Assembly (NCBI GenBank): GCA_034722055.1 | Contig: JAYENL010000286.1 | Coordinates: 1-20,491, forward strand | DNA from: Armatimonadota bacterium | GTDB taxonomy: Bacteria; Armatimonadota; Zipacnadia; Zipacnadales; UBA5352 | DNA: 20,491 nucleotides | Direction of reading: 5' to 3' | Position numbers and translations under genes: made by a program | The notes under the pieces: generated by a model | What the model saw: the letters and a program-made list of their open reading frames with translations, nothing else | Told to the model about the DNA's origin: nothing | Databases searched by the model: none | Shown here: piece after piece, positions 1-9,047 of the stretch | Numbering within the stretch: position 1 is the stretch's first letter | Layout of the letters: every line of letters starts with the position of its first letter

Positions 1-24
1 AAGACTCCCCCGCGCCTGACGACA

Positions 25-243
25 GGGGCCGACTTCGTCGGGCCTGACAGCCCTCCTCAGGACGGCCCCTCCGACGCCCCGGTGTCGCGCTGGTTGGAGA
101 GGCGCGCCTCCGTTCCCGCCCGGCCGTTGTTGTTCGGCGCTAATCCGACGGCGAACGACGCACGGACAGGAGTGTCCGTGCCACGGAACGGCAAATGGCA
201 ACGGCGACGACGAACGGCCGGCGGGCTTAGAGACGCCGCCGCG
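25..243. repeat. Cluster of REP-like palindromes
   Basis: GGGGCCGACTTCGTCGGGCCT (25-45) matches the reverse complement of 14899-14920 with one substitution and one indel; CGGCCCCTCCGAC (63-75) recurs at 7597-7609 and 14827-14839; perfect hairpin GCACGGACA-GGAG-TGTCCGTGC followed by CAC (160-184). Confidence 0.7.
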
Positions 244-264
244 CGCGACGACACGTGACCCGCC

Positions 265-1056
265 TTACACGGTCCCTCTCGCGGCCGAGTCGCCGGTCCT
301 GAGCGTTATGAGTGGAAGCTCGCGCGGACAGCCGATCCTGATGGGTATGGCCTCGCCCACCCCGCGGGTCACGTACATGACGGTTCCGTTGCTGCGCACG
401 AGGCCGGCGGTCCGCTCGCGTGGTCTCCGGCAGGACACATGCACCGGCCCCAGGATGGGCACGTGCACCTGCCCGCCGTGCGTGTGGCCGGCCAGGACCA
501 GGTCCAGCTCGCTGATCCGCGGATGGTCCACCACATCCGGATGGTGCGTGATGCCCAGGCAGAACTCCTCGGAGCGCGCGTTGCGCAGAGCGCGGGGGAG
601 ATCGTCGTGCTCGCTGTAGGCATCGTCGATGCCGACCAGCCAGAGGCGGGATCCATCGTGCTGGAGCGGTCTGGCCTCGTTGACCAGCAGCTCGATGCCC
701 ACCTCGGCGTACATAGCGCGCCACTCATCGATTGACGGGCCGGGCGACCGGCCGAGGTGCCTGGAGATCCACACGAAGCCGTGCTCGTGGTTGCCGAGGC
801 AGGCCCAGACGCCGCGGCGAGCCCGCAGCTCCGACAGCAGCGGTAGGTACTCGCTCGCCCGCCGGGGGTGATGGATCACATCGCCCAGCAGGACGATGAG
901 GTCGGCTTCCAGGCCGTTGGCCAGCTCGACGACACGCCGCACCCCCTCTGCACCGCCTCGTCTGACCCCGGCGTGCAGGTCAGCGATGACGGCCACGGTG
1001 GTGCCGTCGAAGCCGGACGGCAGGTTCGCGAATGAGAGCGTGATGTCCTCGACCAC
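265..1056 (-). CDS. Calcineurin-like metallophosphoesterase (YkuE/YaeI-like)
   Basis: Motifs DLH, GD, GNHE, HHPD, GHTHGGQ and TRGVG. The ORF-track start (1161) overlaps the upstream gene, so the in-frame GTG at 1056 was chosen; start uncertain. Confidence 0.9.
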   Translation of the reverse strand: MVEDITLSFANLPSGFDGTTVAVIADLHAGVRRGGAEGVRRVVELANGLEADLIVLLGDVIHHPRRASEYLPLLSELRARRGVWACLGNHEHGFVWISRHLGRSPGPSIDEWRAMYAEVGIELLVNEARPLQHDGSRLWLVGIDDAYSEHDDLPRALRNARSEEFCLGITHHPDVVDHPRISELDLVLAGHTHGGQVHVPILGPVHVSCRRPRERTAGLVRSNGTVMYVTRGVGEAIPIRIGCPRELPLITLRTGDSAARGTV

Positions 1057-1096
1057 GGTGATAGCAACCCCCGATGCTGCGAGCTCTCGGCGGGGC

Positions 1097-1699
1097 TCAC
1101 GGCGCCGGCTCGGCCGGCATCGGCTCTCGGCCCATGCGCCGGAGCAGCAGAATGATCTCAATGGTATTGACGGTGATGGACGCGGCGACGATCCAGAAGT
1201 AGACCATGTGGATGGTCTGCATGACCGGGCTCTCGCCGACGGCAGGGACTTCGAGGGCCACCAGGAGGAGCAGGTAGGCGTACTGCAGGGCGCCGGTGGG
1301 CTTGCCGAAGGTGGTGGTGGCGACCTCCTCGCCGTGGCCCGTCCCCTCCAGGAATATCTGCAGCGTCAGGATGGAGAGCATCGCCAGGTAGAGGAAGGCG
1401 AACTGGTAGGTCTCCAGCCTCCCCGCCGCGTAGAAGGCGATGAACAGACCGTAGATGAGAGTGAAGTCGATAGTGCTGTCGAGCGCCTTGCCGAACTTCC
1501 CCCCGCCCTGTTTCATCATGCGCGCGACGCGGCCGTCGGCAAGGTCCGTGAGCCACCCGAGGACCATGGCCCCCACGGCCACCCAGTGCAGGTGGGTCAC
1601 GAGCCCGTAGATGACCACCGGCAGGAGGATCAGGCGCGAGAACGTGAGCAGGTTGGCGGGCGTAGCGAAGCTCTGCATTACGGTCCGGTCCTCAGCCAT
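1097..1699 (-). CDS. CDP-alcohol phosphatidyltransferase family protein (PgsA/cardiolipin synthase-like)
   Basis: N-terminal PANLLTFSRL, signature DLADGRVAR...GKALDSTID, several hydrophobic segments. AGGTGG lies 5 nt before ATG 1699 (alternative starts 1702-1708). Confidence 0.92.
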   Translation of the reverse strand: MAEDRTVMQSFATPANLLTFSRLILLPVVIYGLVTHLHWVAVGAMVLGWLTDLADGRVARMMKQGGGKFGKALDSTIDFTLIYGLFIAFYAAGRLETYQFAFLYLAMLSILTLQIFLEGTGHGEEVATTTFGKPTGALQYAYLLLLVALEVPAVGESPVMQTIHMVYFWIVAASITVNTIEIILLLRRMGREPMPAEPAP

Positions 1700-1825
1700 C
1701 ATCACCACCTATTGAGGGGCCTCGACGCGCCGTCTCACCGTCACGGATGCCTGCCGGGAGTGACTTCGGCGTACGGGCGCATTCTCCTGCCCGGCGAGAG
1801 GGTCCCCGCCGGCCGGAGCTGGCCG

Positions 1826-3079
1826 TCACAGAGCGTAGAAGTCCACCGGATTGTCGTGCATCATCATGCCGGCGAGGTCGAGGGCGGCGTCGCGGCTGAG
1901 GAAGTCGCGCTCGACCTTCTCGGCCAGCACATCGGCGATGCAGGAGCGGGCCATGACCAGGTGCCCACAGATCAGCTCCGGCCAGCCCACGTCGCTGCCG
2001 AAGCCCAGCAGGCGGTAGCCGGGGACCAGGTCGATCCACTCATTCAGCGACTGGCGGCTGCCCTCGATGGTGACCAGATAGGTCCACGCCATGTTCAGCC
2101 ACACGTTTGGCGCGTGCTTGGCGAGCATGCCGATCTGGCGGCTGTAGGGGTAGCCGGCGTGGTAGAGGTTGAAGCGCGTGGACCTGTGGGCGTGGATCAG
2201 CGGGATGAGCAGCAGCGGGTCGGACTCGGGCACGCGTCCCCAATTGCCCTGCACGCCGGTGTGGATGTCGAAGATCAGGTCCATCTCGGTGCACAAGGCC
2301 GCCAGGAAGAAGATGATATGATCCTCGAACTGCTTCACCTCCGCGGGCGAAAGGCGCCTGCCCTGCAGGGCGCGATCGAAGATCGCCGAGGCCGCCACGG
2401 CGCTCACGCGCTCGGAGTGCAGCGTCCGGCGGTAGGCGTGGGCCAGCTTGATGCCCACGGCGCCGCGCTCCCGGTACTCCTCAACGAGCGCGACGAGGGC
2501 CTCCTTGCATGACGACAGGTCGGTGATCTCGCGGTCCAGGTGCTGCTGCAGGCGCTGCCGCGCCTCCTCCTGCCACAGCTCCAGGGCCGGCTCCATACGC
2601 AGGACGGCGGTGAAGTACTCCGGCTCCCAGTCCTCGAACCAGGGGATGTTGCGAACCTGGGTGCGCAGGTTGCAGACCTCCACGGTCACGTGGTGATACC
2701 AGTCGGGGTCGGCGGAGCGCTCGCGGATGGCATCGTTGACTGCGCGCCAGTTGTCGTCAGTGAGGTCGTCATCCGCCAGATCGAAGAGCTCCTGATAGGT
2801 CACGATGTGGTGGCGCCAGTAGGAGATGTTGCGGGCCTTCTGCAGGACCGGCTTGAGGCGCTGCCACCGCTGCTCGTCGGTCTCGCAGCCCTCGTAGAGC
2901 TCCCCCGAGCCGCCGCCGGTCACGCTGCCGATGGTGCGCTCGAAGTATGACATCAGCGTGAAGAGCGACCGCGGTCCGGCCTGGTAGTACTGGCTGCGGA
3001 GCGTGGTGTGTGAATGGCAGTCAACGGTCTGCACAGAACGCATCCGGGCAAGCAGCTCGTCGCGCAAAGCCTCGCTCAT
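1826..3079 (-). CDS. Amidohydrolase-superfamily protein (Amidohydro_2 / uronate isomerase-like)
   Basis: N-terminal DCHSH metal motif, GIKLAHAY, IHTG, LYHAGYP, FGSD; RBS GAGGGAGG overlaps the upstream stop codon. Confidence 0.85.
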   Translation of the reverse strand: MSEALRDELLARMRSVQTVDCHSHTTLRSQYYQAGPRSLFTLMSYFERTIGSVTGGGSGELYEGCETDEQRWQRLKPVLQKARNISYWRHHIVTYQELFDLADDDLTDDNWRAVNDAIRERSADPDWYHHVTVEVCNLRTQVRNIPWFEDWEPEYFTAVLRMEPALELWQEEARQRLQQHLDREITDLSSCKEALVALVEEYRERGAVGIKLAHAYRRTLHSERVSAVAASAIFDRALQGRRLSPAEVKQFEDHIIFFLAALCTEMDLIFDIHTGVQGNWGRVPESDPLLLIPLIHAHRSTRFNLYHAGYPYSRQIGMLAKHAPNVWLNMAWTYLVTIEGSRQSLNEWIDLVPGYRLLGFGSDVGWPELICGHLVMARSCIADVLAEKVERDFLSRDAALDLAGMMMHDNPVDFYAL

Positions 3080-3092
3080 AGTTGGTCCTCCC

Positions 3093-5474
3093 TCACTCGT
3101 CGGCGATCGGCGCGATCTTCAGCTCATCCACATAGGCCTCCACCACGGCCGCGTTGTAGCTGTGGATCCACAGGTCCATGGCGGCGGCGTTCTCGGGGAT
3201 CTCGAATTCGTACTCGAACGACTCCCAGCGGCCGGGCTCACCGGAGAGGCTGCCGACCGGATCGATGTAACCGCGCTCGTCCCTGGGGTTGAGCATGGCG
3301 CCGTCCTCGTCATAGATGCGCACGTAGAGGCCGATGCCCTCGCCCGAGACGTGGTAGACCTGGCCGCTGAGCACGTAGCTGCCCGGCGCATCCACGGGCA
3401 TCCGGGCCGAGGTGACGCTGGAGCCGGCCTCCTCGGACTCGTCGGTGATGCGCAGGGAGCGCTTGCCGCTGGCGGCCATCTCCTCGGAGACCTGGGCGAT
3501 GCCGTCGTCGGGGATGGACCACGCCCAGGAGCCGTGCTCGAAGCCGCCGTTGGCGAGCATGCCCTCCTCCTCCCCGCCCAGGTCCTCGATGGGAGTGATG
3601 ATGGCAGTCACCGTCGCCGACCGCACGGGCTCGGTGAGGCGGATGGCGATGCGGGTGGGCTGGGCCCTGGCGTCCTCGTGGATCTCGTCCGCCTCCACGG
3701 CGAAGTCGGCGCCCTCCACGCTGATCTGGACCTGGACAGCCCGATCGACCTCCCAGGCCACGACGGTATCCTCATCGCGCTGCAGCCAGTCGCCATCGGT
3801 GAGCAGCGGGACCTCGAACTCGCTCGGCTGGGCGAACTCGACGCGATCTGTGACGGTCAGCGAGCAGTCCGCGCCGCGGGAGTACTCGAAGGTCCGCTGC
3901 AGCGTCTGCAACTCCGGAACCTCGTATGCGGGCGCGAGGTCCAGCACCAGGCGGTCGCGATCATCAGTGAACTCCGCCTCCAGGACCTGGGCGGCAGCCT
4001 CGCGGCCGGTGCGCTGCAACTCCCCGGCAACCACCGGCACCGGGTGGCCGTAGGAGTTGAGGAGCTTGCTCTCGTAGCGGCGGCTGCTGAAGGTGCGGGC
4101 GGTGTAGACCTCGGAGCCGGGATCCAGCAGGACAGCGCGGTCCTCGACCACGACCACGTAGGAGCCGACGTCGTTGTGGTTGTGATGCTCGGCGTTATGA
4201 CCGCCCTTCAGGGCCACTCCCATGCGGCACTCGCCGCCCTCCGCAGGCCGGCCGATCAGCACGCCGGCCTCATCGAACCAGGTGCGGATGCCGGGGCGGG
4301 CGTCGGCGGCCTCAAGCTGCGGTCCCTCCGTAGCGCCGTTGGGGAACGAGAAGATCATGGCCGAGGAGAGGCTGCCCAGCGTGCGGGAGAGGGGAAGCTC
4401 GTCGTACTCCTCCAGGCCCATGCCGAAGCGGCGGTTGAGGTACCACATGGTGTCGTTGGAGGGGCGGGCGTTGATGCTGCAGTCGGCGAAGGCCGGGGCC
4501 ACGCCGCCGATGATCTGGATGCGAGCGCCGAAGAGGGCCGGCTGGCGGGCCTGCTCGCGAGCCAGCAGGTCCAGGCCGCCATCCGTCGCCTGCCACACGG
4601 TGTCGGCCAGCAGCACATAGTTACCGTAGCCGTAGTTCCAGTAGCCGAGGCCCTCGCTGCAATAGCCGTCCTCGGTGAAGCCGCGGAGGAAGTTCATGGA
4701 GTACTTCTCCGCCGCGGCCACGAACTCCGCGCGCCGGTGGCGGTCGTCGATCTGCGCCAGGCCGGCGCCGGTGACGCCCGCCAGGCAGACGGCGTTCCAG
4801 TTGTTGGTGGTGTGCATCCACCAGTTGTGCTCGCGCTCGCCGGTGAACATGTCCTCGAAGGGGGTCAGCACGCGGCGCTCCACGTTCTCGGCGATGAGCC
4901 GTCGGGTGTCCTCGCTGAGGCGGTTCGCCAGCAGCCAGCTCGCCGTCGCCATGTTCCAGGCCAGGGCCGAGGAGGCGAGGTCGATGTCCACCCGCTCCTG
5001 GTTGAAGTTCGCCAGGCTGCGGTCGTGGGCGGGCATCACCCAGGTGCGCTCGGCGCAGATGGCGCCGATGAGCTCCTTGATGGCGGGCAGGAAGCGTCCC
5101 TGGTCCTCGACGCACTCAGCCAGCACCAGCGGCGCCAGCCGGCCGCGCCGTTGGCTGGCGACGCGCTGCCACCGGGTGCGGTTGCCGGTGCGCGAGAAGT
5201 CCAGGTAGAGGTCGTCCGGCTGCTCGGGCAGGGACTCGCCCAGCAGCCCCTCGGCGCGCTCGACGACCGTCTGATAGGCCTCCGTCTCGCCGAGGCGCTG
5301 CCACGCCTCCCGGTCGGTGATGGGCTGGCCGAGGCCCTCCGGCTGCTCGGGCAGCATCTGTGCGATCTCCTCGACGCGCTCCGCGTCGAGTGGGGCGTCA
5401 TCATCCGCCGCGGCCCAGGCCGCGAACGCCAGTGTCAGCAGTCCGATCTGCAGAGCCAGCAGTGCCGTATCCAT
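3093..5474 (-). CDS. Secreted heparinase II/III-family polysaccharide lyase with C-terminal CBM4/9-like module
   Basis: Signal peptide MDTALLALQIGLLTLAFAAWAAA after a GAGGG RBS; NNWNAVC, EGLGYWNYG, GHNAEHHNHNDVGS and HPVP motifs; C-terminal NGGFE...SGKRSLRI...YVDELKI module. Start moved from 5546 to ATG 5474. Confidence 0.88.
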   Translation of the reverse strand: MDTALLALQIGLLTLAFAAWAAADDDAPLDAERVEEIAQMLPEQPEGLGQPITDREAWQRLGETEAYQTVVERAEGLLGESLPEQPDDLYLDFSRTGNRTRWQRVASQRRGRLAPLVLAECVEDQGRFLPAIKELIGAICAERTWVMPAHDRSLANFNQERVDIDLASSALAWNMATASWLLANRLSEDTRRLIAENVERRVLTPFEDMFTGEREHNWWMHTTNNWNAVCLAGVTGAGLAQIDDRHRRAEFVAAAEKYSMNFLRGFTEDGYCSEGLGYWNYGYGNYVLLADTVWQATDGGLDLLAREQARQPALFGARIQIIGGVAPAFADCSINARPSNDTMWYLNRRFGMGLEEYDELPLSRTLGSLSSAMIFSFPNGATEGPQLEAADARPGIRTWFDEAGVLIGRPAEGGECRMGVALKGGHNAEHHNHNDVGSYVVVVEDRAVLLDPGSEVYTARTFSSRRYESKLLNSYGHPVPVVAGELQRTGREAAAQVLEAEFTDDRDRLVLDLAPAYEVPELQTLQRTFEYSRGADCSLTVTDRVEFAQPSEFEVPLLTDGDWLQRDEDTVVAWEVDRAVQVQISVEGADFAVEADEIHEDARAQPTRIAIRLTEPVRSATVTAIITPIEDLGGEEEGMLANGGFEHGSWAWSIPDDGIAQVSEEMAASGKRSLRITDESEEAGSSVTSARMPVDAPGSYVLSGQVYHVSGEGIGLYVRIYDEDGAMLNPRDERGYIDPVGSLSGEPGRWESFEYEFEIPENAAAMDLWIHSYNAAVVEAYVDELKIAPIADE

Positions 5475-5553
5475 TGCCCTCAACTGCGTCCTCCCTGTGC
5501 GTCGGATTGCGTCAGTGCTACGTGGCAGAAGCTCGCGCACGCTCACGTGTTAA

Positions 5554-5578
5554 GTAGCGCAGGCGCCCTCGCCTGCGC
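5554..5578 (+). repeat. GTAG-headed REP-like palindrome
   Basis: GTAG-CGCAGGCG-CCCT-CGCCTGCG-C: tetranucleotide head followed by a perfect 8-bp stem. Confidence 0.7.
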
Positions 5579-5781
5579 GCCGTTCAGACCCTTGGCAGAG
5601 CTGCGTCCTGGGCCGGGGTGGAACCCTCGGCCTGTTCGCCCTGCTCACAGGCCTCACCGGGCGTTGCGCGCCCGGCGGCCCCTCCACCGGAATCCGGTCG
5701 GTTCCCGGCCAATGAATGGCGCGCACTGCACTCAGGATCAGCATTCAGGCCTTCCGCAAGCGGCCACGAGGCGCGCGCGTA

Positions 5782-7539
5782 TCAGCGCACCGTTACCGTC
5801 GATCGTCCCGCGGGAACCGCCACGTAGAGCCAGCGCGCGCCGTGCTGCTCGCGGATCACGAAGCGTGCAGGCTCTCCATTCGCCTCCACCGCCGGCTCGC
5901 CCTCCGGAGCCAGCATGTGCACGATGCAGCCGCGGGGGCTGTCGGCGCGGACTTGGAGGCGGGTGAGGCCCTCCTGGCGCTCAACGCGCTCGATGGCGGA
6001 GACGTCACGGTCGTGCCACCACTGGCAGAGCTCGTCGGTGCCCATGTGCAGCGCGGTGAGCCCCTGACGGTCGATATGAGCCAGAGCCTCGCGGACGGCC
6101 TGTCTCGGATGCTCCTCGGTCAACCGCACCGGGTGGAAGAAGAGGCTCATGGTGAGGTTCCAGAAGCTCGCCAGCTCAATGGCGCGGTGAAGCTGGCTGG
6201 GCTCCAGGCCGATGCCGTGGCGATAGCCGACCTCATAGGCCGCGATGGGCAGGCTCAGGAAGTCGATGCGGGCGTTGCCGTGGGCGTGGTCATCATAGTA
6301 GTGGAACGGGTAGGAGGTGCCGAAGGCGAAGGCCACCTTATTCATGGGGTTCACCGGCGGGTAGCGCCAGTGGATGCGGTTGTTGTCCCCGCGCAGGCCC
6401 AGCTCCGCCAGCCAGCGGGCCGGCTCAGCCCAGCCGGTCCAGCTCACCCAGTGGAAGACGGTGCACACGGGCGTCTCGCCGAAGGCCTCCCGGTAGGCGT
6501 CAAGCTGCTTCGCCAGGTCCTGCCTGGTGAAGGCGTAGGGGTGCTCGACGCCCAGGATGAAGTTGAAGTGGATGCTGCGCTCGCAGCCCAGCTCCCGGAG
6601 CCTGGCGAAGTCCTCCACCGACAGCCCGAACGCGCCGTCGGCGTCGGGCATGATATTGATGTGGTAGGGCAGGCCAAGGTCGGCCATGAACCGGGCGGCC
6701 GAGACCTGCACGTCGGACGCCCCCTCGTCATCGCCACCGAAGTGGAAGACCGCGTCCGGGATAGCGCCATCCTCGGTGGGCGGAAGCTGATGCAGGAAGA
6801 CCGCGCCGCGCTCGGCGAGGATGCGCCGGAGCGCGAAGAGCATCAGGTCGCCGTAGGGGACGTCGCCGGGCCAGGGGCGGGTGGTGACCTGATCCATGGT
6901 GCGGAGCTTGCCGTCGCCGTCGAAGTCCTCGTAGACCGGGCGCCCCTGGTGCATCTTCCAGAGGCACTCGGCGAGGTCGAAGGCCCACCAGCAGGCGGCC
7001 CCCTCCCCCACCTGACGCCAGGTGATCGCCGGCCGGTGCAGATCGCGCTCGAAGAAGCTCAGCAGGCGCGCCAGCTCGCGGCACTGCGGCGCCGAGATGA
7101 GCTTCACGGGCGCGATGACGGGGAGGGCGCTGGCCCGCTCGTAGTCAGGCAGCAGGCCGGCGGTCCACTCGTCGTCGCAGAGGCTGATGCACGCCGAGGG
7201 GGTGAACTCGTCGCCGACGTGGTCGGCCTCGCCCTCAATGGTGATGCCGAAGAGCTCGTCGAGGCCGAGGGTGGCGAAGCCCACCAGCAGCCCGCCTGCG
7301 CTCACCCACTCCTCCAGCGCCCCCGGCCAGCCGGCCTCCGGCTCGCCCGGCGGCAGCAGCAGCACGTCGAGGTCGCGCAGGGCGTGAGCGACCAGGTCGT
7401 CCGGCGCCAGCAGCTCGAAGGGCAGGCCCATGCGGCCGAGGATCTCCTGGTGGAAGAGCGGCCAGTGGTTCTCGCCGCGCGCGTTGGCCTCCGCGCGGAG
7501 TCTGTCGTCGAGCACGAGCGCCGCCCTGAATACTGTCAT
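5782..7539 (-). CDS. Hypothetical protein with N-terminal class I GATase-like domain and polysaccharide deacetylase-like barrel
   Basis: 585 aa, RBS AAGGGAG; LDVLLLPPG...LEEWVSAGGLLVG resembles a GATase-like/trimerisation domain; GGDDEG, SIHF, VFHW, FGTSYPF and FFHP resemble NodB/CE4-like fold motifs. Confidence 0.7.
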   Translation of the reverse strand: MTVFRAALVLDDRLRAEANARGENHWPLFHQEILGRMGLPFELLAPDDLVAHALRDLDVLLLPPGEPEAGWPGALEEWVSAGGLLVGFATLGLDELFGITIEGEADHVGDEFTPSACISLCDDEWTAGLLPDYERASALPVIAPVKLISAPQCRELARLLSFFERDLHRPAITWRQVGEGAACWWAFDLAECLWKMHQGRPVYEDFDGDGKLRTMDQVTTRPWPGDVPYGDLMLFALRRILAERGAVFLHQLPPTEDGAIPDAVFHFGGDDEGASDVQVSAARFMADLGLPYHINIMPDADGAFGLSVEDFARLRELGCERSIHFNFILGVEHPYAFTRQDLAKQLDAYREAFGETPVCTVFHWVSWTGWAEPARWLAELGLRGDNNRIHWRYPPVNPMNKVAFAFGTSYPFHYYDDHAHGNARIDFLSLPIAAYEVGYRHGIGLEPSQLHRAIELASFWNLTMSLFFHPVRLTEEHPRQAVREALAHIDRQGLTALHMGTDELCQWWHDRDVSAIERVERQEGLTRLQVRADSPRGCIVHMLAPEGEPAVEANGEPARFVIREQHGARWLYVAVPAGRSTVTVR

Positions 7540-7566
7540 CGGGCACTCCCTTTCGGACGACCGTGG

Positions 7567-7948
7567 TGGGCCGGCCTCGCGCCTATGGCGCTCGTGCGGC
7601 CCCTCCGACGACGCAAACGACCGCAGCCTGGAAGATTGCGCCGCGACGTGGTGCGCACCCTGGGCGCGGGTGGTCGGTCGCGTCGTACGGAGCGGCGGCG
7701 TGCCTACGCCGCCCGCCGTTGTCGTGCGCGATGCGCACCACCATGCACGCCGACCACGGCGCTACGGTCACCGAGCGCGCCGGACGGGCCGTGCGCCTCC
7801 GGCGCTCGTGCGCCCCCCCCCACCACGTAGACGTGGGCCAACTGCCGACGGAAGGCGCGGGCGAGGGCGCCCGCGCCCCAGACTTACCTGCGCTCCGTGC
7901 GGTCCCTCCAACGACACGAACGACCGCAGCCTGAGAGCCTGCGCCACG
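7567..7948. repeat. Mosaic intergenic array of REP/REPIN-like palindromes
   Basis: 7567-7609 matches 14797-14839 at 42/43 nt; AACGACCGCAGCCTG at 7616, 7919 and 14704; hairpins GGCGGCG..CGCCGCC (7694-7713) and GGCGCGGGCG-AGGG-CGCCCGCGCC (7854-7877). Confidence 0.8.
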
Positions 7949-7961
7949 GCTCACGGCCATG

Positions 7962-9047
7962 TCAGAAGCTGTCGATGACCGCTGCGAGGCGCTCGGCATT
8001 GGCGACATGGTGCTGCGGGTCGCCGCCGGTGCCGCTGATCATGAGCCTGGGCATGATGTGCTCGGCGACCTCGCAGTAGGGCTCATCGTCCAGGTACTGC
8101 CCGATGCACTCGTGCGCGTAGGCCGGCCGCTCGATGTAGCCCACGCTCATGGAGACCTCATGGTCGCGGAGGGCCTGCGTGAACTGCTCGCGTGAGATGC
8201 CGTGCTCCTCGCCCTCGAAGACGGCGGCCCAGATGTGGTAGGTGTTCTCGCGCCCGGGCCTTTCGGCCTGGGGCACGATCCACTCGCAGTCGGCGACCGC
8301 CTCGTTGTAGACCGCCGCCGCCTCCTGGCACATGCGGACGTACTCCCGGGCGCGCTTGAGCTGCACCCGGCCCACCGCCGCCACCAGTTCGTTGAGGCGG
8401 TAGTTCCATCCGAGCCGGGCGGGGACGGTGCCGAAGGTGATCATCTCCTCCATGGTCTGCCGGTGCTCTTCGGTCTTCATAACCGTCATCCCGGCGTCGC
8501 CCAGCGCCATCTGCTTGGACTGCTGGAAGGAGTAGACACCCACGTCGCCCAGCGTCCCGGCGTACTTCCCATTGTAGGTGGCGTAGATGGCGTGTGCGCA
8601 GTCCTCCGCGACGAGGAGCCCGTGCTCCTGAGCGATGGCGTTGATGGCGCCCATGTCGGCGCACAGGCCCCAGAGCTGGGTGACGATGATGGCCCGGGTG
8701 CGATCGGTGATGAGCTCGGGCAGCCGCTCGGGGTCCATGAGGTGCGTGTCCGGCTCCACGTCGCAGTAGACCGGCTTACAGTGGTGGTAGAGCGCGCCCA
8801 GGGAGGCGAAGGTCACCAGGGGGTCCACGATGACCTCATCGCCGTGATCGGCGCCCGACGCCACCACGGCGCAGTGCAGCCCCGCCATGGCGTTGCACAC
8901 CGCCAGGGCCAGCGGCGCACCCATCTCCCGGCGGAACTCCTCCTCGAAGGCGGGCACCTCCGAGCCGCCGATCGAGCACAGGGTACCGCTGTCCAGCACT
9001 CGCTTGCACGCCTGCAGGTCCTCGTCATCGAACTGATGCCACTGCAT
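7962..9047 (-). CDS. DegT/DnrJ/EryC1/StrS family PLP-dependent aminotransferase
   Basis: EDCAHA, SFQQSK (PLP lysine), GDAG and GWNYR motifs; strong RBS GGAGGGAG before ATG 9047 (ORF-track start 9236 rejected). Confidence 0.93.
   Translation of the reverse strand: MQWHQFDDEDLQACKRVLDSGTLCSIGGSEVPAFEEEFRREMGAPLALAVCNAMAGLHCAVVASGADHGDEVIVDPLVTFASLGALYHHCKPVYCDVEPDTHLMDPERLPELITDRTRAIIVTQLWGLCADMGAINAIAQEHGLLVAEDCAHAIYATYNGKYAGTLGDVGVYSFQQSKQMALGDAGMTVMKTEEHRQTMEEMITFGTVPARLGWNYRLNELVAAVGRVQLKRAREYVRMCQEAAAVYNEAVADCEWIVPQAERPGRENTYHIWAAVFEGEEHGISREQFTQALRDHEVSMSVGYIERPAYAHECIGQYLDDEPYCEVAEHIMPRLMISGTGGDPQHHVANAERLAAVIDSF

Noticed and set aside
57..254. Short ORFs over intergenic repeat regions (also 7430-8008, 5550-5827, 14552-14977, 17619-17907)
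   Set aside because: They are translations of palindromic repeat DNA with low-complexity Arg/Pro/Ala content and no RBS.
3003..5966. 987-aa plus-strand ORF, and similar long ORFs at 896-2512, 5716-7830, 12336-14777, 14767-16221, 18141-20018 and 9276-10205
   Set aside because: Antisense shadows of well-supported genes; high-GC codon bias suppresses stop codons on the opposite strand and the translations show no recognisable motifs.
7567..7948. Possible CRISPR array, also considered for 14619-14932
   Set aside because: Repeats are heterogeneous, irregularly spaced and mixed in orientation, with no constant-length spacers and no cas genes.
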